DNA of 63,081 nucleotides, filler included, from Globobulimina sp. (Eukaryota): NCBI GenBank assembly GCA_003354225.1. It is 18 parts of 18 records of this genome, joined end to end, with 100 filler letters (N's around TTAATTAATTAA, not from the genome) between each part and the next. Parts side by side here need not be neighbours in the genome. Positions count along the whole stretch, not along the records: positions 24,587 to 27,996 come from PIVH01002863.1; positions 28,097 to 31,505 come from PIVH01002864.1; positions 31,606 to 35,014 come from PIVH01002865.1; 15 more parts are not named here. One strand, 5' to 3'. Shown piece by piece: positions 25,539 to 35,114 of this stretch (position 1 is its first letter; each line of letters starts with the position of its first letter). The notes under the pieces were generated by a model. It saw only the letters and a program-made list of their open reading frames with translations, ran no database searches and was not told where the DNA came from. The position numbers and the translations under genes were made by a program.

Positions 25539-25758
25539 TCTGCTTCAAAAAGATTTCTCAAAGTTCTGCTTCAAAAAGTTTTCAGAATCAACAATGGAAG
25601 CAACTCCGAATATTCTATTATTCATTGGAATTATTACTATTATAAATTATATCATATATTAAATCGTAATAAATCCGTAAAACAAACAAACAAAAAGAAA
25701 CAAAAACAAAAAAACAACAAAAACAATAAAACTATATCAATTTTAGAAAGTAAAACAG

Positions 25759-27996
25759 CTACAAATTATTTAATTTCCGCAATACACGTTGTAATCGTTT
25801 TGGTAATATTTGAAGACTTAATACAATAATTACTGCATCACCAACTACAATAAATACAATAAAAAGTACAAACATTGTTTTGTTCCCCAGACAATAAATA
25901 AAAAACAATACTAATATTAATTGTGTTAATCCTATGCCAATAAATAAGAAATTGACAGGAAATGACAACAACTCTTTTGACATATATTTGCTCACAAATT
26001 CCCATTTCAATTTATAATGCTTTAAACGAAAAAAAAATAATTTTATTGCAACATCAAATAATATTAATAGCAATATGAAGGGTGCAAAAAACGAGAAGGT
26101 TAACGATGTCAATAAACTCATTACAATGGAGACAGACGCATTATCCATTTCAATTTTCATTGGAGGTTTACATTTTTGCTTCAATATACCATATAATAAG
26201 GATGGTATTTGCAGCAAAATACTATAAACAATTCTCAACATAATAATGCCGGTCCAATGATATAAAAATGCTCTGATACACTCATTAAAATGCATAGCAG
26301 AAATACTTGGCGTGGAACAAACATCATTTGCAGATAAGATCCACTGCCAATCTTCTATCACTAGGTTATAATTAATCAAATTAAATTTCGACATTAAGTT
26401 ATAATCAGTGCAATAGTCCCATAAATTGACCCAATATTTGCCGCATTCATCCAACAAAAAGAGAGAAGCGATGAAAGGTAAAAATATAGAATTTATCAAT
26501 TGCGGTATTAAACGAAATTGTAACTGGTATTTCCTTACTAATGGAAAAATCGTTAATTGTCCAATAAAACCAGGAATAATATATTGATTATTAACTAATA
26601 GTATCAGTGCAAGTGACTGTGTTACAATCATTGTAAAAGTTGGTGTTACACCAATCACATTTTCCGCCGGCAGTGATTTAGACGCAATATATATTAAAAT
26701 AAAACACATTGAAATTATCCATAGTACAAAATAAATAATTAATTTCCACCATTTATGCCCATTCTTTTTATTCGAATCCACATCGATATCATCCGCGAGT
26801 TCGGCCTCTTCAAATGCAGCCTCTTCAAATGCAGTTACTGGGCGATGCCATTGTGTAGTTTTGTTAGTGTTGTTTTGATAATATACCCGTCCGTCAGCTG
26901 TATATATTTCACGCCATCCCGTTGGTAATGCAGTGAGTTTGGGATCACCGTCACTTGAATGAGTTGAATCACTATGCTTTGGTAATTTCTGTACCTGTTG
27001 CATTTCAATGGCAGTGCCTTTCGGCTTAAACAATTTTATTTGTTTGCTCAGTGAATAAACAACCCATAACAAAATATAATTATATAAAATAGCAATAACT
27101 ACCAATGCCCAATCAATCCATGTCTGTGCTGCCGCTGCCTCATACCATGACAGTTCAAACAGTGTCCCAAACACTACGGCATCATAATAATTTGCATTGA
27201 ATGGATAGAAAACAAACATTGCCACAATGCATATACACAATCTCCAGTCACTTAATGCGGATTGAATTAATTTAAACCCATTCAGAAAATATGCCATATA
27301 TTCATCATTGTCATCGTCGTCAACGTTGACGTTGAATAAAACTTTTAATAATTCAATATTGCGTATAAATGACTGCGACTGCGCAGTAATCCAAGCTAAC
27401 ACAGCAAAGCCTATTATTGCTGTCACAAAGATTAAAATTCTTTCATTAATTTCGCGCTGTGAGGTATATAATGTGGGTGCAGTAGAAAAAGGAGAGTTTA
27501 TCCATTCGGGGAGTCCATCAGAATCAGTCCACAAACTATTGCCTAACAACAACATATTATAATATCTATCGCTTGGAGCTCCGGGATATGCTGCAAACTC
27601 TGTCAAATCAGCTGGTATGTATCCACTTAAATGATTATTAAACAATGTTAACATATTCAAGTTCTTAAATTTCAATGCCGAGGGCAAAGTGCCTGATAAT
27701 TTACAATTATGCAATAATAATACTGATGGAATATCAAATGAACCGCTTAGCTCTCCCTTCATACCATTTTGTGTCAAATAATCTGTAAATTCTTCGTCTT
27801 CAAATAAATATTCCAAATCAGCAAACATATTTTTAGCAAATGTGTGATATTCAAATTCGACTGTTTCAGCAATATCCGGTAAAGAACCATAAATTCTCTC
27901 ATTATTTGCCAACGATACTTGACTCAGAGAGAGGCCATACATACCATAAAATTTCTTTTGTTTGGCTTCAAATAAATGCTTTAAAAAAATACTGAT
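25759..27996 (-). CDS. LRR plus multi-TM protein with an internal WW domain, 5'-partial
   Basis: Plant-type LRRs (LHNCKLSGTLP, LFNNHLSGYIP); about 11 hydrophobic helices; WW domain LPTGWREIYTADGRVYYQNNTNKTTQWHRP. Confidence 0.85.
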   Translation of the reverse strand: MSIFLKHLFEAKQKKFYGMYGLSLSQVSLANNERIYGSLPDIAETVEFEYHTFAKNMFADLEYLFEDEEFTDYLTQNGMKGELSGSFDIPSVLLLHNCKLSGTLPSALKFKNLNMLTLFNNHLSGYIPADLTEFAAYPGAPSDRYYNMLLLGNSLWTDSDGLPEWINSPFSTAPTLYTSQREINERILIFVTAIIGFAVLAWITAQSQSFIRNIELLKVLFNVNVDDDDNDEYMAYFLNGFKLIQSALSDWRLCICIVAMFVFYPFNANYYDAVVFGTLFELSWYEAAAAQTWIDWALVVIAILYNYILLWVVYSLSKQIKLFKPKGTAIEMQQVQKLPKHSDSTHSSDGDPKLTALPTGWREIYTADGRVYYQNNTNKTTQWHRPVTAFEEAAFEEAELADDIDVDSNKKNGHKWWKLIIYFVLWIISMCFILIYIASKSLPAENVIGVTPTFTMIVTQSLALILLVNNQYIIPGFIGQLTIFPLVRKYQLQFRLIPQLINSIFLPFIASLFLLDECGKYWVNLWDYCTDYNLMSKFNLINYNLVIEDWQWILSANDVCSTPSISAMHFNECIRAFLYHWTGIIMLRIVYSILLQIPSLLYGILKQKCKPPMKIEMDNASVSIVMSLLTSLTFSFFAPFILLLILFDVAIKLFFFRLKHYKLKWEFVSKYMSKELLSFPVNFLFIGIGLTQLILVLFFIYCLGNKTMFVLFIVFIVVGDAVIIVLSLQILPKRLQRVLRKLNNL

Positions 27997-28179
27997 NNNN
28001 NNNNNNNNNNNNNNNNNNNNNNNNNNNNNNNNNNNNNNNNTTAATTAATTAANNNNNNNNNNNNNNNNNNNNNNNNNNNNNNNNNNNNNNNNNNNNGTTG
28101 TGCGTTGTTTGTTGTTGTGATATAGCATAGTACAGTATTGGATATGATTCTTCTTCGGGGTTATGCGTTGTTGGGACTA

Positions 28180-28221
28180 AACGAAGGTGACTTTTTTCTT
28201 ATTTTTTTAGTCACCTTCGTT
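28180..28221. repeat. Perfect 13-bp inverted repeat (hairpin) with a 16-nt T-rich loop
   Basis: AACGAAGGTGACT (28180-28192) and AGTCACCTTCGTT (28209-28221). Confidence 0.85.
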
Positions 28222-28345
28222 CAGACGAAGACTTAAAAAAACTTGATTTCAAAAAAAACGATTTTCAAATTGTATTTAAAATTTACAAATTAATTAGCAA
28301 AGTCATCCAAAAAAAAAACAACAAAAAAAAAAAAAAGGAGATGAT

Positions 28346-28872
28346 TTAGTCATCTGGTTCATCTTGTACCATATCTTCATCACCAAAGCACTCCTCGCTC
28401 AACACAAGCCATTTATTGCGCCAAATCCTGCGCGATACACCCTCCATTACATATTCGCCATCATCCACCACAAACTCCATTTCGGGGGTGATTTTCTTGC
28501 CGCAGCATCCGCATTGCCAATGTTGGCGAGATCCCAGGGCCAATGTTGCCACCGTAAATCGTCCTCCAACCCCGAAAACCACTGATTGTCATCGGTATGG
28601 AGGCCTCCCCGGAACGTCCCGAAATGTAAATCGGCCCAGACCGTTGTAAACTCAATATAGGGCCGATCTACGACGACGATATGTAACTGCACGGTGCCAC
28701 AGTCATCATCCAAGAGCCGGAATACTTGATGATCCACATTGAAGGTGTTGCCGGCTTTGCAATGGCGGAAGGCATAAACCAACTCGGCTTCGGATTCGAT
28801 GATGTGCACCGTGCTTTGGTCCCGCTCCTGTGCGTCGGTCATACTGGCTTTTTTCTCTTGTAATTGGGCCAT
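28346..28872 (-). pseudogene. Frameshifted paralogue of the 29220-29747 Cys-motif gene
   Basis: MAQLQEKKA...GTVQLHIV...WFSGLEDDL, then a frame switch near 28555 to QHWQCGCCG...WRNKWLVLSEECFGDEDM; colinear with the neighbouring gene. Confidence 0.8.
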
Positions 28873-28874
28873 TG

Positions 28875-29062
28875 GTGCGAAAATGCGGCGGATGTGGATG
28901 TGGAGGGATGTGGCGGATGCAAATGTGAATGCGAAAATGCGGCGGAGGCAAATGTGGAGGAATGCGGCGGATGCGAATGTGTATGCGATAATGCGGCGGA
29001 GGCAAATGTGGAGGAATGCGGCGGATGCTAATGCTAATGTGAATGCGATATTGCGGATGCGA
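28875..29062. repeat. Degenerate ~51-bp tandem repeat (GCGGATGC...AATGCGGCGGAGGCAAATGTGGAGGAAT)
   Basis: About three copies directly upstream of the 28872 ATG. Confidence 0.8.
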
Positions 29063-29219
29063 TATTGCGTGGTTTGTCGAAGGTGAGAAGGCTAAAGGAG
29101 AAGGTTAGAAGGTTGAAGAGTTGGTTTTGCGGTTTTTTTTTGAAGTAAAAATATCAAAAACTAGATATCAAAAAACGTATTTAAATTTGCAAAGTCATCC
29201 AACAAAAAAAAAGAGATGA

Positions 29220-29747
29220 TTAATCTTGAATCATATCTTCATCACCGAAGCAATCGTCGCATAACACGAGCCATTTATTGCGCCATGCCTTGCGCTCAAA
29301 ACCTCTAATAAAATAGTGGCCATCATCTACAGCCAATTGCCACATAACTGCTCTCAATGAATTGCCACAACCCGCACATTCCCAATGTTGCTGCGCCGCA
29401 ATGGCAACTACGAGTTGCTCGTCTAAATCGGCCCGCAAATTCGCAAACCAATTCTTCCTGGCAAGGTCCATTTCCAATTCATGTCCAATATCTAAATGCT
29501 TATCTAAATCAACCCATCTATTCCTAAAAATAAAACATTTACCATCCTTCTCAACGACATGTAACTGCACGGTGCCAATATTATCATCCAAAACAAGCCG
29601 AAAAATCTCGGGATCCACCTTCAATATGTTTCCGAGTTGGAGATGATTTACACGATAAACCAACTCGGATTTGGAATGGATGCTGTACACCGCGCCACGC
29701 TCCTGTTTAGGAGTCCTGGTCGCTTTTTTCTGTTGCAATTGGGCCAT
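29220..29747 (-). CDS. Orphan 175-aa protein with a C-terminal CxxC-x35-CxxC putative Zn-binding motif
   Basis: The ATG at 29747 matches the paralogue's MAQLQ start; WECAGCG...WRNKWLVLCDDCFGDEDM. Confidence 0.8.
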   Translation of the reverse strand: MAQLQQKKATRTPKQERGAVYSIHSKSELVYRVNHLQLGNILKVDPEIFRLVLDDNIGTVQLHVVEKDGKCFIFRNRWVDLDKHLDIGHELEMDLARKNWFANLRADLDEQLVVAIAAQQHWECAGCGNSLRAVMWQLAVDDGHYFIRGFERKAWRNKWLVLCDDCFGDEDMIQD

Positions 29748-29999
29748 GTATGCGGATGCTGATGCGGCGTAGTTGGTCGAGGCTGTTGGAAGTGAAGTTG
29801 AGTTTTTAGGGTTTTTATTTGAAGTGAAAATATCAAGTTTTGCGTCAAATAAAATGAGAAACACAAAATAAAAAAGTCGGCCATTCGCGGAGCGATACGT
29901 ATACCCTTGAAGGAGATGAGAAACAGATTATCAGGATTGACCGGAAACGAAATTAAAAAAGATTTTAAATAAACAATGGAAAACGAATAAATTAAAAAA

Positions 30000-30371
30000 T
30001 TAGTCACTCAAATCTTCTACATTTTCTACATTTTCTACATTTTCTACATTTTCAGCCAATCTTGAATTAATTTGATTGATATTTTTTATTATTAATAAGA
30101 AGAGATCCCCCAACATCACGCCATCCAGCAAACCAGCGTGATGCAAATGCAGTTTTAAATTTCTCAACCGCTGGGTCCTGCCGTAGTTAACGTCACTTCC
30201 AACCGATGTAATTGTTCCAATAGATATTGGTATGTTTCTAGCGCCTGTAACTGGTTCAGGTTCAGGTTCAGGTTCTTGCTTCATTTCAGCGATTTGTTGT
30301 TGCATTTCATTTATTTTTTGCTCCATATCCTCCAATATACCACCTAAAATATTTATTGCTTGTTTAGACAT
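30000..30371 (-). CDS. Small coiled-coil orphan protein with EP and VEN repeats
   Basis: ATG-initiated 123-aa ORF; heptad LEDMEQKINEMQQQIAEMK; in-frame 6-bp and 9-bp repeats. Confidence 0.65.
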   Translation of the reverse strand: MSKQAINILGGILEDMEQKINEMQQQIAEMKQEPEPEPEPVTGARNIPISIGTITSVGSDVNYGRTQRLRNLKLHLHHAGLLDGVMLGDLFLLIIKNINQINSRLAENVENVENVENVEDLSD

Positions 30372-30460
30372 ATTTGGTGCTTGGCTAGGTTTCCTTTGTG
30401 AGTTAATTTTTTTGAAATGAAATAAGATTGATTAATTATGAATGATTGACGTTGACGTTT

Positions 30461-30547
30461 CAGAAACGGACATCATATCCGAACATCGCCACAGAAACGG
30501 ACATCATATCCGAACATCGCCACAGAAACGGACATCATATCCGAACA
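30461..30547. repeat. 31-bp tandem repeat, 2.8 copies (CAGAAACGGACATCATATCCGAACATCGCCA)
   Basis: Copies start at 30461, 30492 and 30523. Confidence 0.95.
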
Positions 30548-30777
30548 ACAACCCAGCAGAAACACATAATAATAATGAAAAACGATACGTACACCTCCAT
30601 TGCGGACCTTCCTTCAAGCCTGAGCGCCTAGAGCGTCAATCCATAGAGCATCGTACACAGAGCCTTCAAGGCATCGAGGGAAAACACACCATAAAAAAGT
30701 CGGCCATTCGCGGAGCGATACGTACACCAGCCTTCAAGGAGCTCGGAGCGATTCGCATACCTTCACGGATCATCACA

Positions 30778-30830
30778 TAGCCCTGAGCCATACCCATAGC
30801 CCTGAGCCATACCCCTGAGCCATTGCCCTG
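30778..30830. repeat. CCCTGAGCCA-based short tandem repeat
   Basis: TAGCCCTGAGCCATACCC twice, followed by partial copies. Confidence 0.85.
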
Positions 30831-31029
30831 ACCCAATAGAGCGGAGGGTGATGATTGTACACAGAGCCTTCAAGGCATAATGATAGCCTATCACAGAGCC
30901 TGCGTCAGAGCCATCATCGAGCATGTACACGAGCATCGAGCGTCAAGTCATTGAGCAACGTCATACACCTGCCTTCAAGGCATCGAGGGAGCCAGCGAAC
31001 GAGCAAGCGAAGCGGCGACATACACACAT

Positions 31030-31122
31030 CGAGCGAGCGAGCCAGCGAGCCAGCGAGCCAGCGAACGAGCCAGCGAGCCAGCGAACGAGCCAGCGAGCCA
31101 GCGAGCCAGCGAGCAAGCGAAG
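31030..31122. repeat. (GCGAGCCA)n GC-rich minisatellite
   Basis: About 9 copies of the 8-mer interspersed with GCGAAC. Confidence 0.9.
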
Positions 31123-31147
31123 CGTCACGTACAGCGTCAGAGCCTCA

Positions 31148-31321
31148 AAATAATTTATATGAGTTATTTATCATGGGAAATGAGGCCAACTTGTTGGCGG
31201 GATGGCTTTTTTCACGTGGTTGTGGGATATATGACTTAGGGTGCGCAGCAGCCAAGGCATAGGTCAACCACAGCCGTACGGTATAAAAAGGCCCGTGATA
31301 AATAACTCATATAAATTATTT
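31148..31321. repeat. 174-bp fold-back with 30-bp inverted arms
   Basis: 31148-31177 and 31292-31321 are reverse complements with one mismatch; further partial pairing inside (GGTTGTGG/CCACAGCC, TGACTTAG/CATAGGTCA). Confidence 0.9.
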
Positions 31322-31683
31322 CCAAAATCTCCATCAGTCATAGCCCATTCACCACAAATATTCCATTGATTATTATTTTTTTGTTCCTCTCTTAGCATCA
31401 AATTTTTTTGTTTTCGAGCCATTTCCGCACATTTAGCGCTTTCCAATTGTTGCTGACGTAATTTATTTCTATATTTAGTTTCCTCTTCATGTCAAACATC
31501 AAATANNNNNNNNNNNNNNNNNNNNNNNNNNNNNNNNNNNNNNNNNNNNTTAATTAATTAANNNNNNNNNNNNNNNNNNNNNNNNNNNNNNNNNNNNNNN
31601 NNNNNACACAGTTCGGAACGAGTATTAATATACAATGCAAATTTCACAAAAATGCTAACAAACATAAAACAAAAACATTTTGA

Positions 31684-34422
31684 TTATTTATCAGCTTTCG
31701 ATTTAAGTGCAGGCAATGATTGGAAATGTTTAATTAATGCTTTTCTATCATGTATTGAATTGATATTAAATGGCTCATTTCTTAAATCATTTTGATCATC
31801 AAATACCAACAATTGTCCACCATTCTCAATTCCATCTGTTATGAATCCATTTTGTAACACATTGCAATATTTAATATATTGCCCATTATCCAATGTTTTT
31901 ATCCATAGTATCATACCATTTATATCCCACTGCTCATAATTCACTGCGTTTGGCATTCTGTCATTACATAATATATTTTCCATTGTTTTCTGAAATGATT
32001 TATTAGTTTCATCCAATTCATTTAATTCGTTTTGTATCTGCAACAAATCTGTTTTATCATTGTCATTCTCAAACATATCACAAAATGCATTCATTTCCTT
32101 ATTTAAAAACTTTATTTTATCCGTAACCTCCATGCTTGTTTTCATATTTATAGAAACCAACAAATCCTCATTCAATTTCTGCATTTCATTTAGTTTCCGA
32201 ATCAATTTATTATTATTATTGTCACTTATCGTCTGTGCTAATTTTAATTCAATGCATTGCTTTTCCAATTTAATATACTTCGAATGCCAGCCTTCCATCT
32301 CCTCATTCTCTGCAAATAATATATCTGACGATGACTGTGGTAAACAAAAAGCATTATTTGTATGCGCGTTGTTATGTGGTTTGGGCGCAATGCCGATATT
32401 ATTATATTGCAAGCGGTTTGACGCTCTCTTCCGTGTTTGTTTGATAAATTTGTCATATCCTAACATTTTGCTCACATTCTGCGCAGATTTCACCTGTGCT
32501 TTGTAGTGGGTGGCTAACCGTTGCATGGTATCATTTTCTTTGTGTTTCGCCGTCAATAAGCCACCATTTACAATGAAAATGGACCTTCGCTGAACAACAT
32601 CTTTCAATTTGCCATGTAAGCTCACTTTATGCCGTTGGAAATTATTTATTTTTTCTAACTCCATATCGATTGTTGACTGTCGGTAATATTTTTCGTGTAA
32701 TTTCATTTTTTTTTCAATATCTTTCAATTTTTTCCTTTTTTTAATTCGTTTTTGTCTCTCTTTTTCCAATTGTATTAATTTCTGCTTTGAACAACCAAAA
32801 TCGATAATAAATTGCCACCAGATTTTAAAAAACATCTCGATCCGTTTTGGTTTCTTTTCGGTTCCATAGCAAAAGTATAACATACACTGTTTCATTGATA
32901 TCGTGTTTACAGATATTATCTTATTTAATTGCTTCATTTTTGTCATGGCTTCGTTATAAAAGGCAACCAATACAATAATAAATGTATCATTTTTAACATA
33001 ATTCTCAATCTTTTTGGAGTTTATTAGCTCATTTATTTCAGTCAAATTATCCATTATCATATCATATATTTGTGTCAACATTTTCATTTCGATTGAAATG
33101 GCAGCTTTTAATATGTTGCTTAACTGCGGCAATATCTGTATTGCATTCGCATATTCTTTGTTTTTGTCACAGAACGAATAGATATACATCAATAAACTAT
33201 GCGTATGGTCAAAGGATTTGATTTCCCGCAATTTGCATAATATGGAGATATTAAACCCATTGACGGTATTTTCTGTTTCTTTATTCATATAATTACCAAA
33301 TGATAATATTATGGATAACAGTAATCGTAAATTCTTATTATTTTTTATCTTATCACAAGCTTGTCCAATTTTTTTATATTCGCTAATTAGTCCATCCACA
33401 ATCTCTATAAATTCCTGTTTAAAAATCCAAAATTTTATTCTTTGCGCTAACTCATAAAAATCCGACAATGAATAAAAAAATATTTCTAACTCATCATTTA
33501 AATGATTTATATCCAAACACGTTTCTGCTTTGTTTTGTTGCTCCAATGTTGGTATTATTGATAATAATTTATTCAATTTGCATAATGTCATTGCATTTTC
33601 ATCCATATTATGCAATATTTTCCGTAGCTCTTTTCCATTTATGTCTAATTCGCCAAGTATTGCTAATATTTCTTGTCCTCGTTTTTTGGAAACGATCTTT
33701 ATTTTCTTTCTCTGACGAAATGGCATTGCACTTTTTTTTTCATCATCCATTCCCAGAGGTTTTTGCAATCGGACCTGACATAAAAAAATAATATCAAACA
33801 ATCAATAACATACAAAACAATATAACCTGGAAATGTAATTCAAAATGTTTTGTATCATAATCAACGCATTGGTTTAAGTCTTCCCAAACTGAGCCTTTTA
33901 TGTTTTGCGGTGATATCGCATTCCAATATAAGCTCTTCATTTTGATTGTGTTTCTGTGCATGTTTACATCTGCAATGTGTATACAATTTATTTGGTTGCG
34001 GCTATGTATGCAGTAAATAAATGGCATATATATATACCTGGTGCGCTGATACATTTATTGGCCAGTTTAGGAATAGTAGTTGGTGGGAGACATATCTTTG
34101 GTTCATATGGTAATAACTCTTCATCATCGCCATCAACATCACAGTCATTGATCATTGATATATTATGTGTACTGGATTGGGATCGTTTTTTTTTTAATTT
34201 TTTTATTTTTGGTAATGGTGATAGTTTTGGCTTTATTTTATGGGATATTTTATACGGTGATAGTTTTGCATGTGTTTGATTTGTAATTTTATTTTCTTTT
34301 TTCATGTGTGATCGTAACGCAAATAATAATTGTTTTTTTGTACCATTTGCTTCTACGCCTAGTGCTATACATTTCTTTTTTAATTCTTTGTAGCTTAGCG
34401 ATTCTAAAGCTTCTTCTGTCAT
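31684..34422 (-). CDS. Formin-like protein: SAP, FH2, coiled coil, SAM-like; introns 33970-34037 and 33775-33826
   Basis: SAP-like LSYKELKKKCIALGVEANGTKKQLLFAL; FH2 motifs MKSLYWNAI...SVW, ILSFGNYMN, GFNISILCKL; SAM-like WDINGMILWIK...DRKALIKHFQSL; both introns join the exons in frame. Confidence 0.85.
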
Positions 34423-34483
34423 TGTAAGATATGAGTAGTTCGAAAAATGTTTAGTTCATAGTCAAAAACAGTGAACAGTGGTC

Positions 34484-35014
34484 ATGGCTACAACGACAGA
34501 CGAAGCTTTACGTTTGATATTTGTGCTATGTTCAATAAGCTACTTTATCTGAAAACAATCTATGTTTTATTTAGGTTTTACATTAGAAGATGACGAAAAG
34601 ATATCTACCATATTATTAGCTGAAGCTATGTTAGTTTCTGCTATATTTTTTACTGTGGCCACGTTTTATTATTCAAAAAAATCGGAAAATGTGGCACTTC
34701 AATTTAATTTCTGCTACAAAATATTAGCAATAATTCTTGTTTTTGCAGCATTCTTCTTATTAATTACTGGTATTACAAAGGGTAAAAAAGGTGTAGACAC
34801 TGCGGGAACCTTTACATTCGCATTGGTTATGATTGCAATGGTAATCGCAAATGCCATTGGTATGTAACTACACATCAAACTCAACAAAACAGATATTAAA
34901 ATATGTGCGCATTTGTTAATTTTGTTTCAGGAATGGCAGATTATAAATATTCGTGTTGGAATAAATGCTTTTCCAAAGTATTCAATTTCAGTCCAAATAA
35001 ATGCTGTAAGATTG
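34484..35014 (+). CDS. Small multi-TM membrane protein, 3'-truncated; introns 34512-34574 and 34860-34930
   Basis: ATG at 34484; GT-AG introns; three hydrophobic helices. Confidence 0.6.
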
Positions 35015-35114
35015 NNNNNNNNNNNNNNNNNNNNNNNNNNNNNNNNNNNNNNNNNNNNTTAATTAATTAANNNNNNNNNNNNNNNNNNNNNNNNNNNNNN
35101 NNNNNNNNNNNNNN

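Noticed and set aside
28706-29086. ORFs with PPPHFRIHI or MRRRQMWRNAADA repeats
   Set aside because: Products of the ~51-bp repeat read in stop-free frames.
30580-30990. CRISPR-like array of GCCTTCAAGGC repeats
   Set aside because: Repeats are short and variable, spacing is irregular (about 50-135 bp), no cas genes are present and the context is eukaryotic.
30442-31262. Plus-strand ORFs of 112, 135 and 76 aa
   Set aside because: They are translations of tandem repeats with no protein-like features.
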